A DNA stretch of 37,853 bases from Octopus bimaculoides (taxonomy: Eukaryota): NCBI RefSeq assembly GCF_001194135.2, contig NC_068990.1:82039016-82076868 (forward strand). The letters run 5' to 3'. The notes under the pieces were generated by a model that was given only the letters and a program-made list of their open reading frames with translations, did not search any database and was not told the DNA's origin. A program made the position numbers and the translations under genes. Of this stretch, positions 22,230-34,190 are shown in pieces (position 1 is the stretch's first letter; each line of letters opens with the position of its first letter).

Positions 22230-22980
22230 ATTAGATCACGTCACGCTGTATCGCACAAAACTGGTCATGTGACACATGCCTCAGTGATAAAGGACAAATG
22301 ACACCTGGTGGCTTCATTCACTTCCTACGAACGTCGAGGTGGTCAAGACCAGACTAAAGAAATACGAGGCTATGGCGGGTAAAAATATATCGAGACAACT
22401 CAATGCGTTTGCAGCTCTGCATCTGTTAAGTCAGCGCCGTCGATTTGTTTAAACTGCTTAGAGTCTGGTTCAGTTCGGACCTACAGAGAGACTGGTACTA
22501 AGACGAGTTGACGAGTAGAAGTGGTTTAGCGTCACCCAGAAATGAGTTGAGTAGAAACTATCTTTGACAGGTTGAGCAAAAGCGGCGATTGCCTACATTC
22601 TCTTTCCCCTCGTAATTTACAGTCTAACTGTCGAACCTTGCCCCAGTTTCTCTCTNNNNNNNNNNTTTTTTTTTTTTTTTTTTTTTTTTGCTTTTTGTTG
22701 AAAGGATGTGTTTTTCAGGTGGTCTATTTACTGCTAACGACCCCTTCAAAGCAAGTTCAGTATGCCGTGGTTGTTGATGCGCAACCACGTGCTGAAACCG
22801 CACCATCTACAAAGGTACCTGAACGATGTGCGGTTGTGTGGCCTCCGTTTGCAGGGCATTTATTTCCGCATTTCGTCTCTCCGGAAGAATTGCAACCCAG
22901 GTCAAGAAAAGACCAAGATTGGGATCTAACATGTGGAGTGTTGTCAAGCGCTCACAACCTACGAACTGTCGAATAAATAG
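22230..22980 (+). promoter_or_regulatory. CpG-rich island with promoter-like motifs and possible exons
   Basis: Locally GC/CpG-rich non-repetitive sequence; CACGTCA at 22237-22243, GTCATGTGAC at 22264-22273; donor at 22379; long poly-T and acceptor at 22718; an 85-codon open frame 22719-22976. Confidence 0.3.
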
Positions 22981-23028
22981 ATTTCTGAATGTTCTACCTT
23001 AGTAATATGTAGTAACATTTAGCGGACT

Positions 23029-23100
23029 ATATGTAGTAATATTTAGCGACTTGACGCGTAATCACAGGGATATGAGTTCGAGTCTTATGGCTGGCTGGCA
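23029..23100 (+). mobile_element. Degenerate tRNA-like head (SINE fragment or tRNA pseudogene), first ~23 bp tandemly duplicated
   Basis: B-box GAGTTCGAGTC; tatgtagtaa(c/t)atttagcg occurs twice from 23006. Confidence 0.45.
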
Positions 23101-23240
23101 ACGATTTTTTCTGCAATATATGGATGGCTTATCCTGTTCATGCTATTTTATTAGCATTATCATGCATTTGAGAATGAATTATTTCTGTATCTTCTCAACG
23201 CTTCTAAAGCAAACTTTGTTTACTTTCATCATAAGTTGTA

Positions 23241-23285
<45 letters not shown>

Positions 23286-24702
23286 ATATTATATTATATT
23301 ATATATATATATGTATATATATATGTAATATTATATCATATCATATTNNNNNNNNNNNNNNNNNNNNNNNNNNNNNNNNNNNNNNNNNNNNNNNNNNNNN
23401 NNNNNNNNNNNNNNNNNNNNNNNNNNNNNNNNNNNNNNNNNNNNNNNNNNNNNNNNNNNNNNNNNNNNNNNNNNNNNNNNNNNNNNNNNNNNNNNNNNNN
23501 NNNNNNNNNNNNNNNNNNNNNNNNNNNNNNNNNNNNNNNNNNNNNNNNNNNNNNNNNNNNNNNNNNNNNNNNNNNNNNNNNNNNNNNNNNNNNNNNNNNN
23601 NNNNNNNNNNNNNNNNNNNNNNNNNNNNNNNNNNNNNNNNNNNNNNNNNNNNNNNNNNNNNNNNNNNNNNNNNNNNNNNNNNNNNNNNNNNNNNNNNNNN
23701 NNNNTATATATATATATGTAACCTCCCTCTAAAATAATTTTGGGTTTCATTTAATGTCTTATTAAAGAGTGTCCGCAAAATATGTGTGGCTTCTGTGATA
23801 TTTGAAAAGTCATATAAAGCTTCGCGATACGAATTCCGACAAATTGTAGCTTAGAACCTTCGTCACATTTTCTAGAGAAACATTGCTTATGCTTTCCTAG
23901 AAAGGCATGAACATCAAAACACTGCATTTCTACTCATCTAAACATTCATTCTACTACTGGAATCAGTAAATATTAAATAGATCTTTATTACAAATATTTA
24001 ATCTCCTTTAAAACCTTGCAGTAGTAGGCTTTCCGTATAGCAATATTCCTTCAGAACTGCTTTTCTTTGGCTATTCGTTTAGTTCTCATAAATCAGAAAA
24101 ATCCAAGATTTAAATTCTATCTCAAAAAATCACCACCGGCAGCAGCAGCAGCACTTACTGTTGCTAATCATAAATTTCCCTTTATATTCGGTTTCATATA
24201 TCAAAGCCAATCCTTTCTATTTTATTCCATTTTTCTTTTTCTTTCAATTTTTCTAGAAATATATTCACACCCACACATTCATATTCACCCCCATCTCGCA
24301 CACACGCATTTCTCAGCTGCGATTGTGTTGAAAAAAGTTGCTCATGAATGAAAATAAATAAAGGCAATTTTCAGTTTCTTTGCGTATGCAATTTATGTAT
24401 CGAGTATCTTGAGAATTTATTTAACATGCTGCTGGCCACCTTAATAGAAAGACCAGATAATGAAATAAACATACGAAGAGTTTGTAATCCTGTCCTTTAT
24501 ACGGAGCTGTGTTTTTGAGAAAATTAATTCTTAGTAACTTGCACCATTTGACTATGAAGAGATAGTAGAGGTAAGTTATTAATGTTTAGCTCTATATTAA
24601 CCACGATCGAGCAAATCTAGAATCACAGGCGTTCCAGTTGTGACTATTCCGTCTTCTTATTTAGACACCTTGTATTTCACCCAATGTATTCTTCCTTTTT
24701 AA

Positions 24703-25092
24703 AAGGTATTCTTCCACCGGGATAATGCTCGGCCACATACAGCGAGGTTGACATTCCAAAGGTTGGAGCAGTTTCAATGGGAAACGATACCCCTCCCACC
24801 ATATGAGCCGGACATTGCCCTATCTGATTATCATTTATTCCGCAGTCTTCAAAATCCTTTGGACGGAAAAAATATGAATTCTGTAGACGAGGTCGGAACA
24901 CTACTAGTGGAGTATTTTTCAGTACGGACAAATGAATTTTGGAAGAGGGCCTAGCAAGTCTACCAGATAGATGGAAGAGCATTGTAGAAAATGAAGGAGA
25001 GTATATTTTAAATTAAAAAAGAACTTTGTTTATCTTAATTTTGAAAAATAAAAGAAGTATAAAAAAACTGCATTATTTATGGGATGCCCCAA
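24703..25092 (+). mobile_element. Mariner (D34D) DNA transposon 3' fragment: transposase C-terminus plus right TIR
   Basis: KVFFHRDNARPHTARLTFQRLEQFQWETIPLPPYEPDIALSDYHLFRSLQN...WKR, then after a 1-nt frameshift GLASLPDRWKSIVENEGEYILN*. Exactly 34 residues between the two Asp. TIR-like aaaactgcattatttatgggatgccccaa followed by TA. Confidence 0.95.
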
Positions 25093-26574
25093 TATATATA
25101 TATATATATATATACATACAGGTATATAAATATCTATATATATATACATATATAAGTAGGTNNNNNNNNNNNNNNNNNNNNNNNNNNNNNNNNNNNNNNN
25201 NNNNNNNNNNNNNNNNNNNNNNNNNNNNNNNNNNNNNNNNNNNNNNNNNNNNNNNNNNNNNNNNNNNNNNNNNNNNNNNNNNNNNNNNNNNNNNNNNNNN
25301 NNNNNNNNNNNNNNNNNNNNNNNNNNNNNNNNNNNNNNNNNNNNNNNNNNNNNNNNNNNNNNNNNNNNNNNNNNNNNNNNNNNNNNNNNNNNNNNNNNNN
25401 NNNNNNNNNNNNNNNNNNNNNNNNNNNNNNNNNNNNNNNNNNNNNNNNNNNNNNNNNNNNNNNNNNNNNNATATATATATATATATAATTAAAAGGTCAC
25501 TTTACTTCTTTATTCCTTTAATATGTGTAATTACATTTTCACAATAAATATAATTATATTTTTCTGGATATTTAATCAAGTTTCCCTTAATACGGTGCCT
25601 TATTAGATTTCGCTTAATTTAATATAGCCTGATTAGGTTTCACTTAACTCAATATAGCCTTGAAATGCAAAATCTTTACATTTTTACCAGTAAATGACTT
25701 GAGAGAATGGAGCCCCAGTTTCTTTAAAACCTTCAATTTACAGCGATTTAGAAAAAAGCAATTTATACAGGGCATGCAAACTAGGAAGAATGAACGTAGT
25801 CCCTTGAATATCTAGAAAGAGGGACTAGATCTACCTAGAATTGCATCCTGCTGTCATAGAAAATGATTACATATTTATGGTCCTGTGTACACCTTATATG
25901 GAACAAAAGACGGTATCAACACTTAGATGAGTAAAATTTTCGACCATAGCCATACTCAACGAAAGTTGACTAACAGCCATAAGGAATATAAATAGATCCT
26001 GCTTCTGTTGACATTCATGGCATCTAGATCCTTGTTATCATTGGCGCCAAACACCCGAAATGCATCAAAGAAATGTGGAGGCTTGAAACTCACGTCGAAC
26101 AGGGTTCACACAGCTTATAACCATACTATAGGGCTTGGTTGGGAAGTTTTGCCTTAGCCTCCATATTTATCCTTCAGATTACCATCTAGCAGAGCTTTTC
26201 TTTGAGTAGGGAATAATAGCCCAGGACCGAAGCGGTAATTTTATCATAAAATAAAAACAAAGACAAATAGATTTGTGTTTAAAACTTGTCTAATTTTCGC
26301 TTAAAAAAACAGGAAACCGAACGGACATTTTGGCTAACCTAATATTCAGCATGATCTCCAGGGAAGCATGTAGCAAGATTCTTGAACCTACATCATTATT
26401 TTTATCTTTCTAAGTCCTTTGTATGTATTGTTTCTTCTTTTCCTTTCTTTTATGTGTTTCTTTCAGATTTCTCTTTTCCCACTACTAATGATATTTCTCA
26501 ATACACTAATAACTGCTGCTGTCGATATCTGAACTTTTATCTTTCTTCTCGTTGACATACATAGATGTACGTAT

Positions 26575-26600
26575 ATAGTATGCATGTATACATGTATGTG

Positions 26601-26665
<65 letters not shown>

Positions 26666-26670
26666 TGTGT
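26575..26670. repeat. (TA)n(TATG)n microsatellite
   Basis: Direct reading. Confidence 0.95.
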
Positions 26671-28499
26671 AAACCGTAAATTTTAGCTTAGCTTAACCTG
26701 ACAGTGTAAGTGACCCAAATGTTTCAATATTTAGGTAAATTAATGAGACATTTTGACTCAATGGCCCCACATGTGTCTCTCCAATACTGCATCAACTTAA
26801 TTGGTATTTATTGCTCTGATCTTCTAAATCGCTCCCACTCTTTGTATTAATAAGACTTTATATGCCTATGAACATTACATTACTTTTGTTGATAGTCATG
26901 AAATCATGAAGTGAAGATCGGTGGTATTTTCATTTAATATTGCATGGATTAATATAATTTCCATAATTTTATATTTATAATCCAACATGCTGATTTATCT
27001 AACACTTCCACTAGTTGTCTCTGTTGTGGTTATTTACTAGCAGTAGCTGTTGCTGATGCTGTTCTTATTTATTAGCTATTGCTCTTATTGTTTATGTTGC
27101 ATAGGTTCTTGCTATGTTGTTGTTGTTACTGATGTTGTAGCTGTTTAGTGACAGTTGTCAAAACCTCAAAATAGCCAATACCATCTTGAAAAGGAAGGTA
27201 CAACAAGAATAGTCCTCAACAAGTCCAAACTGAGAAACTAGATACTCGGTCAGACACCACGGGTGAGCTACTGCAGTTTCACGTGAGCGGCCTGTTAATC
27301 GACCAATTGGCGTTAAGCTATGGCGTAATATGGCTTTCTCGAATGTTCTAAAATCTGTCTTCTTATCCCCCTATAAAAAAAACCGTAATTGGCGCTCAAC
27401 TCGTCGTAGAATGCTGTAGGCAGCTGACTGATTCATGAGCCTCTTCTCTTGCCATGCAAATGGCCTTAGAGACTGCTCACGTCACAGATCACCTCGATCT
27501 GCACAGATGATTTCGTGTATCTTTTGACTGATCACATGATGCCAACAACTTTCTATACTTCCTGAGCAATTTTTCTCTCTATCCCATTTGGCAATTATTA
27601 ATATAGTTCATTGTAAATAGCCAACACCAAATATCATTATGTCCTGCGATAAATATCAAGTGAAGTATTCATGAGTTTGCTTCAGTTATTATTCTCACAG
27701 CCAACAACGACATCCACTTGTGTTAATGAAGCCATCCATTTCGTCAATGGCGGCGCATATTTCTGGAGTATATTTTCATTGATCAGCTTCAACAAAAGCG
27801 TCAAGAAACCGTTCGCGACGCCTTCAATCAGAAAGATTACATTATGGCAAACAAGACATCGTTGAAAAGACTGAAGTAATTAACAGGATAGTGATTACAG
27901 AATAGGAGATGTCAAATTCTAAATAGACATGCAAACGAAGGAAACTATTCCATTGAAAGAAGAAACCAATCTGGATCGTCGAAAGTCTAATCTATTGTTT
28001 CCAAGCTCATTTAAACAGCACACTGTCAGAACAGTAGACCAAAAGTGACGATATTGAAACTTTACATAAAAACTAGTGAAAGCTCGTTTTGAAATAGGTG
28101 GTGAAACACGATGAAAATAACAACAAATCAACTCCGAAAACTACAAAATCTAATAAAGAAACAAAACATAATAAAAAACTAAAAAAAAAAAACAACCCAA
28201 ATCGCGTCAGGATAGAAGGAGCAAAATTATGCAAAGAGGGGACACAAGAAAATAGGAATTTAAATTTAGTGAAGACAAAATAAACAAAGGTTAAAACCGA
28301 AATGAAAACATTAAAAATATATGGAACTCATAGGGAATGCTAATTATGATTGTAGAGTGAGCAATGGTGTTCTAACTGCTACATTCCAGTTAACAACTAT
28401 TTTACTAAAGGTATCATTTGAAACTATGACAAACTACAATTTCTAGGCATTACCTCATTCAAATTAGAACGCGCAAACTGCTGAATCACCAGGGTAGAT

Positions 28500-28625
28500 C
28501 GATAGAAAAAAATGTAGAATACGGAAATAAGTACTAGAGTTGATCTGATTGGCCAAAAGCCTTGAAGGTGATATTTCAACAGGGCGGAAGACCAACGTCT
28601 GAAACCAGTAAGACAATAAGAGAAT
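28500..28625 (+). mobile_element. Old family B 3' tail fragment
   Basis: aaataagtactagagttgatc...ttgaaggtgatatttcaacagggcgg...ctgaaaccagtaagacaataagagaa resembles the tails at 19030-19124 and 35230-35345. Confidence 0.45.
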
Positions 28626-28937
28626 AACCTCCGGTTTTTTTTTTCCAGTAGTGTGTATCTGCATTATATGATGAGTTTTCCTAATTTTAAGACGTTAGTG
28701 TGCGATTATCTTTCTTGAATCCTTCCTATTTATAATCTGCCTGCACTAATTAGGCTGTTACAATTAATGAACTCAGTTTCACTCGAAAAAAAAAAAAATT
28801 TCTATTTCTTCTTGTCACTCAGTCGCAACAATAATAGACACAGATCACGCTGATAATACTGTTCTGGTCACAGACATATCTCAAGGGCTATTATTCTTCT
28901 ACATGACCTTGAAAAAGCAACACGAAATATTAGTCTG

Positions 28938-29168
28938 TATTTCTTATTTCTTTATTGCTCACAAGGGGCTAAACATAGAGGGGACAAACAAGGACAGACA
29001 AAGGGATTAAGTCGATTATATCGACTCCAGTGCGTAACTGGTACTTAATTTATCGACCCCGAAAGGATGAAAGGCAAAGTCGACCTCGGCGGAATTTGAA
29101 CTCAGAACGTAACGGCAGACGAAATACCGCTAAGCATTTCGCCCGGCTTGCTAACATTTCTGCCAGCA
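28938..29168 (-). mobile_element. SINE family A, tail type 2 (ends at gap)
   Basis: Tail plus body plus head; body and head identical to 29473-29611. Confidence 0.9.
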
Positions 29169-29335
29169 NNNNNNNNNNNNNNNNNNNNNNNNNNNNNNNN
29201 NNNNNNNNNNNNNNNNNNNNNNNNNNNNNNNNNNNNNNNNNNNNNNNNNNNNNNNNNNNNNNNNNNNNNNNNNNNNNNNNNNNNNNNNNNNNNNNNNNNN
29301 NNNNNNNNNNNNNNNCCCCGAAAGGATGAAAGGCA

Positions 29336-29387
29336 AAGTCGACCTCGGCGGAATTTGAACTCAGAACGTAACGGCAGACGAAATACC
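29336..29387 (-). mobile_element. SINE family A body fragment fused to the next copy
   Basis: ccccgaaagg...gaaatacc followed directly by a tail-2 end. Confidence 0.9.
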
Positions 29388-29623
29388 TATTTCGTTATTG
29401 CCCACAAGGGGCTAAACATAGAGGGAACAAACAAGAACAGACGAACGGATTAAGTCGATTACATCGACCCCAGTGCGTAACTGGTACTTAATTTATCGAC
29501 CCCGAAAGGATGAAAGGCAAAGTCGACCTCGGCGGAATTTGAACTCAGAACGTAACGGCAGACGAAATACCGCTAAGCATTTCGCCCGGCTTGCTAACAT
29601 TTCTGCCAGCACGCCGCCGCCTT
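29388..29623 (-). mobile_element. Full-length SINE family A, tail type 2
   Basis: Tail tatttcgttattgcccacaagggg through head ...ctgccagcacgccgccgcctt. Confidence 0.95.
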
Positions 29624-29797
29624 GGTTTGTATTTCTATGGTTCAATAACTCAATACATCTGCTATACCAGCGATGGGTCAATAAGAATAGTCAAGCGAAA
29701 TCCCTAAATGAAGTTGTAGACTTCTGTGTGTATCTAGGAAGCAACAATGTATTTAAAGAAAAGAATATGTAAAATTTATCGTTTTCTCTGTCGAATG

Positions 29798-29871
29798 ATT
29801 TTGCACCTCTTCTCACCTATGTTCTGTGTCGACTGTCTCCTTGCCGCCATTAGCTACACTTCTGAATGTAG
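29798..29871 (+). repeat. Unclassified ~75 bp dispersed repeat, copy 1 (copy 2 at 36357-36430)
   Basis: ttttgcac...ctgtgtcgactgtc...ccgc.att..ctacactt..gaatgtag shared between the two sites. Confidence 0.8.
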
Positions 29872-30277
29872 TAGCTGTATGTACCTATCGAACAGAAATA
29901 AACGAGTCTAATCAGCTGACATGATGTGAAGCTACCCACACCATTGTTATTGTTATTTACTATCAGGTCGACACTAATTGAGAAAAACTACGTTTAAAGA
30001 CGTTCCTCTTATGACCATCACGTTTTTTTTTTTGCACATGAAGGACTGCATTAGCCGATGTAGTTTTATTTTAAAGACGGCAGTGGGTGATTTCATGAAT
30101 ACTAAGTCGTTATTTTTAGCAGATAACGAAGAGGCTTCTTCATTAATTCATGATGTTGATGTTGTTGCTGTTGCTGTTATTTTTGATCTCCGGAGATTTC
30201 TTTAGAAATTGTGTAAGTCAACGTTTATAAAAACTGGTGGCAAAATATGCAGATTTCTTTTGCCATGTTTGACGTGT

Positions 30278-30279
<2 letters not shown>

Positions 30280-30354
<75 letters not shown>

Positions 30355-30638
30355 CNNNNNNNNNNNNNNNNNNNNNNNNNNNNNNNNNNNNNNNNNNNNN
30401 NNNNNNNNNNNNNNNNNNNNNNNNNNNNNNNNNNNNNNNNNNNNNNNNNNNNNNNNNNNNNNNNNNNNNNNNNNNNNNNNNNNNNNNNNNNNNNNNNNNN
30501 NNNNNNNNNNNNNNNNNNNNNNNNNNNNNNNNNNNNNNNNNNNNNNNNNNNNNNNNNNNNNNNNNNNNNNNNNNNNNNNNNNNNNNNTATATATATATGC
30601 ATATGTGCATGTATATACATATATATGTATTTATGAAA

Positions 30639-30682
<44 letters not shown>

Positions 30683-30790
30683 ATGTATATGTGTGTGTGT
30701 ATGTGTGGGTGTATGTACAGGCGCACATACACACACTCATGTACACACACGCACACATACATGCTGGGAGACACATACACATTGTGTATG
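30280..30790. repeat. (CA)n/(TA)n/(TG)n microsatellites flanking a gap
   Basis: Direct reading. Confidence 0.95.
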
Positions 30791-31099
30791 ATCTATTCGG
30801 AGTGAAGTGATTATCTAAACTGATTGAATACGGCATGTAAGGTGATTTAAAAGCATCTATATTAAATATTTAAAGAATACGTGTTGCAAGAATATTTTAA
30901 TGGAACTGCTTAAAAAATATTTGGAATAAATAGAAAACACATCTGTATCTTCATTATAGGATATTTTCCTAACTGTATAAGAATTCCTTCCTCTTCTCAA
31001 TAAGCTATATTCATAGTATGCTGTCATATTTATCGCAGATCGGCTTGGTTAGAAGAATGTGAACACCTCCAGTTGTATTTATATTGGTATTTATGGCTT

Positions 31100-31700
31100 C
31101 GTCGAAGATCAAACCTGATCGAACAGACTTATGATCAAAAGCGTTGCCGTTGTGACAATACTGCCATTTCCTTCTTGTTTTGTTTTGCTAGGTTCAGATA
31201 CCAAATGTGTTGAATTTCTACAATTCGGGGAGGGGGGGAAAAGCGCTAGAAAGCGTTTGTTATTGTTGTTTAGCTCAAGGTTAACATTGAGCAAACCTAT
31301 GTTCATAGATCAGCCGTGGCAATCCTGTCCCTTTTTCTTTTTAGCTGAGTTTAGAGCACCAATTTTACTGGTATCTTCCAGCAATCGGAAGGAAGCGGTA
31401 GAACGCGTTCCCAAGATCTTATTGTTGTTTAGCTCAAGGTCAACATTGATGGAGCAAAGGGCGCTCCAGCCATGACAATATAGTCTACTTTCTTCTTTTT
31501 TTTAGTGTTTAGTTGGATTAAGCTACCAAATTTATTGAATTCTAACAACGGAAAGGAAGAAAGTGTTCTTATTTTTGCTGTTCAGGTGTTTCCCAAGATC
31601 AATCCTGATCGAGTAGATATATGTTGAACGGCGTTCCAGCCGTGATATTTCCGTCTGTTTAGCTCAAAGTTGACGTGAGATATCAAGTGTGTTATATTTC
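31100..31700 (-). repeat. Degenerate tandem array, ~160 bp period, built on a family C 3' end
   Basis: ttattgttgtttagctcaagg at 31260 and 31419; accaaat...gaatt...caa.cgg block at about 31199, 31357 and 31524. Confidence 0.75.
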
Positions 31701-31904
31701 GACAACTGGGAAGAATTTGTAGAAAACATCATCATAGAAATTGTAATTGTTGTCTATCACTACATCGACACTCTTCGAAAAGATTTTTAGTCAAAGGGAA
31801 GCGGTGGTTCCCTTCGTGGACATCCTGTCTCATTGTATTTTAGATGGTTTTAAATAAAAAGAAAACGAAGATATATTGAAGATGCAGTCTCGGTAATATT
31901 ATAC

Positions 31905-31990
31905 TTAAAAATATAAGACGGGATAGTCATGGCTGGAATGCTTTGTTAATAGCTGTTATTTTTTCTGGTGTGTCTTGGTGCTCAACAATA
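31905..31990 (+). repeat. Family C 3' fragment
   Basis: gacgggatagtcatggctggaatgctttg...gctcaacaataa, then CAA-rich tail. Confidence 0.65.
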
Positions 31991-32107
31991 ACGACAGCAA
32001 CAACGACGAAAACAATAACAACAATTTTTTAACAACAGTCTTTCAATGCTAGCTCCCTCGATCGACATATCTAAGTTGTAGCTGTTGTTGTCATTATTAT
32101 TGTTGTA

Positions 32108-32350
32108 GCATTTTGCACGGCGGGTAAAATGCTTAGCAGCATTTAGTTCGTCTGTACGATTCTGAGTTCAAATTCCGGCGAAGTCCATTTTGCCTTTTAT
32201 CATATCGGGGGTCGATAAAATAAGCATCAATTATGTACTGGGGTCGATGTACTCAACTAGTATCACCACCGCCACCGCCACTACCACCACTACCACCATT
32301 ACTACCACTACCACCACCAAATGCCAGGCTTTGAGCCTATGTCAGAGAAA
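32108..32350 (+). mobile_element. Diverged SINE family A, tail type 1, with (ACC/ACT)n between body and tail
   Basis: ctgagttcaaattccggcgaag...gggggtcgataaaataag...ctggggtcgatgta; then trinucleotide run; then ccaaatgccaggctttgagcctatgtcagagaaa. Confidence 0.8.
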
Positions 32351-32394
32351 ATTGTCACCGTTGTTTATCTGTTGGTTAGTATCGATCAAGTAAG

Positions 32395-32525
32395 TCTTAT
32401 GATCAAAGTTATTGCAGTTGTAACCATTGTGTCTTTTTCGCACACCAAGGACTACCGTGTTTAATGTATCATCACCTATTTTTTTTAGGACGGTAGGTTA
32501 TAATTTGAGGGAGCTTTGACTCGGT
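32395..32525 (-). repeat. Family C copy
   Basis: tatgatcaaag...tttaggacggtaggttataatttgagggag. Confidence 0.65.
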
Positions 32526-32869
32526 CGAGTCACCTTAAAGAAGCTCCCTCTGCTATGTATGTGTATCCTGAACTTGGCTACATAAGCGTAATTTCAAGCA
32601 GCATAGTAATTTTCAGAATCTTCTCAATAATATGCGAAAGCGTAGCTTTAGCTAGCTGCAGCTATAATTCTACTATATTCTATTCTCTTTTAAATTCGGA
32701 AGCCTAATGATACTTCTACGCTGAAAATTTGCAAAATGTGATGCAAAAATAATAAGGGTGTTATTATTCGAAATTCTGTAAAATCTCGAAATCTCAATAA
32801 TCATAGAAAATTACGTGTGTTCTCTAAGAAATCAACCATTTCGACTTTCTGGCGCGCAAACACATTCAC

Positions 32870-33310
32870 TTATGTATTCATACATGCGTACATACTTACG
32901 TATAAACATACATGCGTTTACGTATAAACATACATACGTACATACTTACGTATAAACATACATACGTTCAAAGTACAAACGTACACACACACACACATAC
33001 AAACATACTTACATACATACATACGTACATACATACGTACATACATACGTGCTTACATAGATACTTATATACATACATACGTACGTACGTACATACATAC
33101 ATGCATACATGCATGCATACATACATGCTTATTTACGTGATACGTACGTATATACATACATGCATGCATACATACATACATACTTACATATATACATGCA
33201 TACATGCATACCTACATCCCTCCATCCCTCCATCCCTCCATCCATCCATCCATCCATCCATCTATCCATACATACATACATACATACATACATGCGAACA
33301 TCAATACATA
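32870..33310. repeat. Long compound (TACA)n/(TACG)/(CATC)n microsatellite
   Basis: Direct reading; includes three copies of tacgtataaacatacat. Confidence 0.95.
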
Positions 33311-34034
33311 CAAAATGATGAACCGATAGATTTACCTGATTATATTGTGGAGATTTTAAGATTCTCACTCCACTAAGAAAGAAATCCTTCTCCAACCGCT
33401 TTATATTTTCTCTGGTTATACTCCATGTGTATTTTTCTTCAGCAAAACAGTTAAATTCGAAGAAACCAGTGATTTCTTGTATGGGAAAATAATAATAATA
33501 ATAAAATTCTCACTTAGAATTCGTACTTAGAAGTTAAGGGACTTGATCAAAAGAACCTAACTAAATGATATCAATTATCAACATTTAATTTCGTACTTCA
33601 TCACAGTGATAAAGGAGCCTCTACATATTTACTCCACCTGATAGAAATAGCAGTCAGATTAAAATACATTTTATGACGCGAGGAAGGTAAATATAACGTT
33701 TCGGAACAGAATACTTTGTCGGAGAAAAATGTTTACTAATCTTTACTAATAGTGTTGTATAAACGAATCAGATCTAACAGGTCTTTTGTGAGTTACTGTT
33801 GACCATGCATTTACACATATATGTGGAGGCTTAGGTAAGGTGATTATTTTTGAGGAAGAATAGCAGTTGTCGATGCATACAAGTCTTCTTTCTTCATACT
33901 GCCAACGTTTAGAGAGGAGTCACCGACTTGGGCTGATACAGATTGGCACCTGTACCGTCATAATCGTTGTTGTCAGGACCCAAAGAGCAGGAATAGATAC
34001 TACACAGATCTTGACCGATTCTTTAACAACTCTG

Positions 34035-34190
34035 ATAATCCACTAACTTGGGTTGATATTTTATCATTCTCGAAACGATGAAAAACAAAGTTGACCTAGG
34101 CGGGATTTGAACTCAGGCTGCAGATAGTCATAACAATACTTCGAGGCATTCTGCCCAATTCTCTGTCGACTCTGTTAGTTCGCCGCCTTT
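34035..34190 (-). mobile_element. Old SINE family A copy
   Basis: gatgaaaaacaaagttgacctaggcgggatttgaactcag...ttagttcgccgcctt. Confidence 0.8.

Noticed and set aside
22719-23002. Cys-rich frame whose three internal stops are all TGA (22775, 22793, 22820), suggesting a multi-selenocysteine protein
   Set aside because: Three TGA stops can easily be chance. I see no convincing SECIS downstream, where the sequence is a tRNA-like fragment and microsatellite, and no similarity to known selenoproteins.
27480-27760. Faint resemblance to bacterial IS1 InsB motifs (CA..DE..G...WL and HVIS/KRYT) as I recall them
   Set aside because: The intervening ~55 codons do not align and contain several stops, and the second match needs a frameshift. 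Treated as coincidence.
29030-29772. Recurring peptide MRNWYLIYRPRKDERQSRPRRNLNSER... (also at 37069) suggesting a gene family
   Set aside because: It is the antisense reading of SINE family A.
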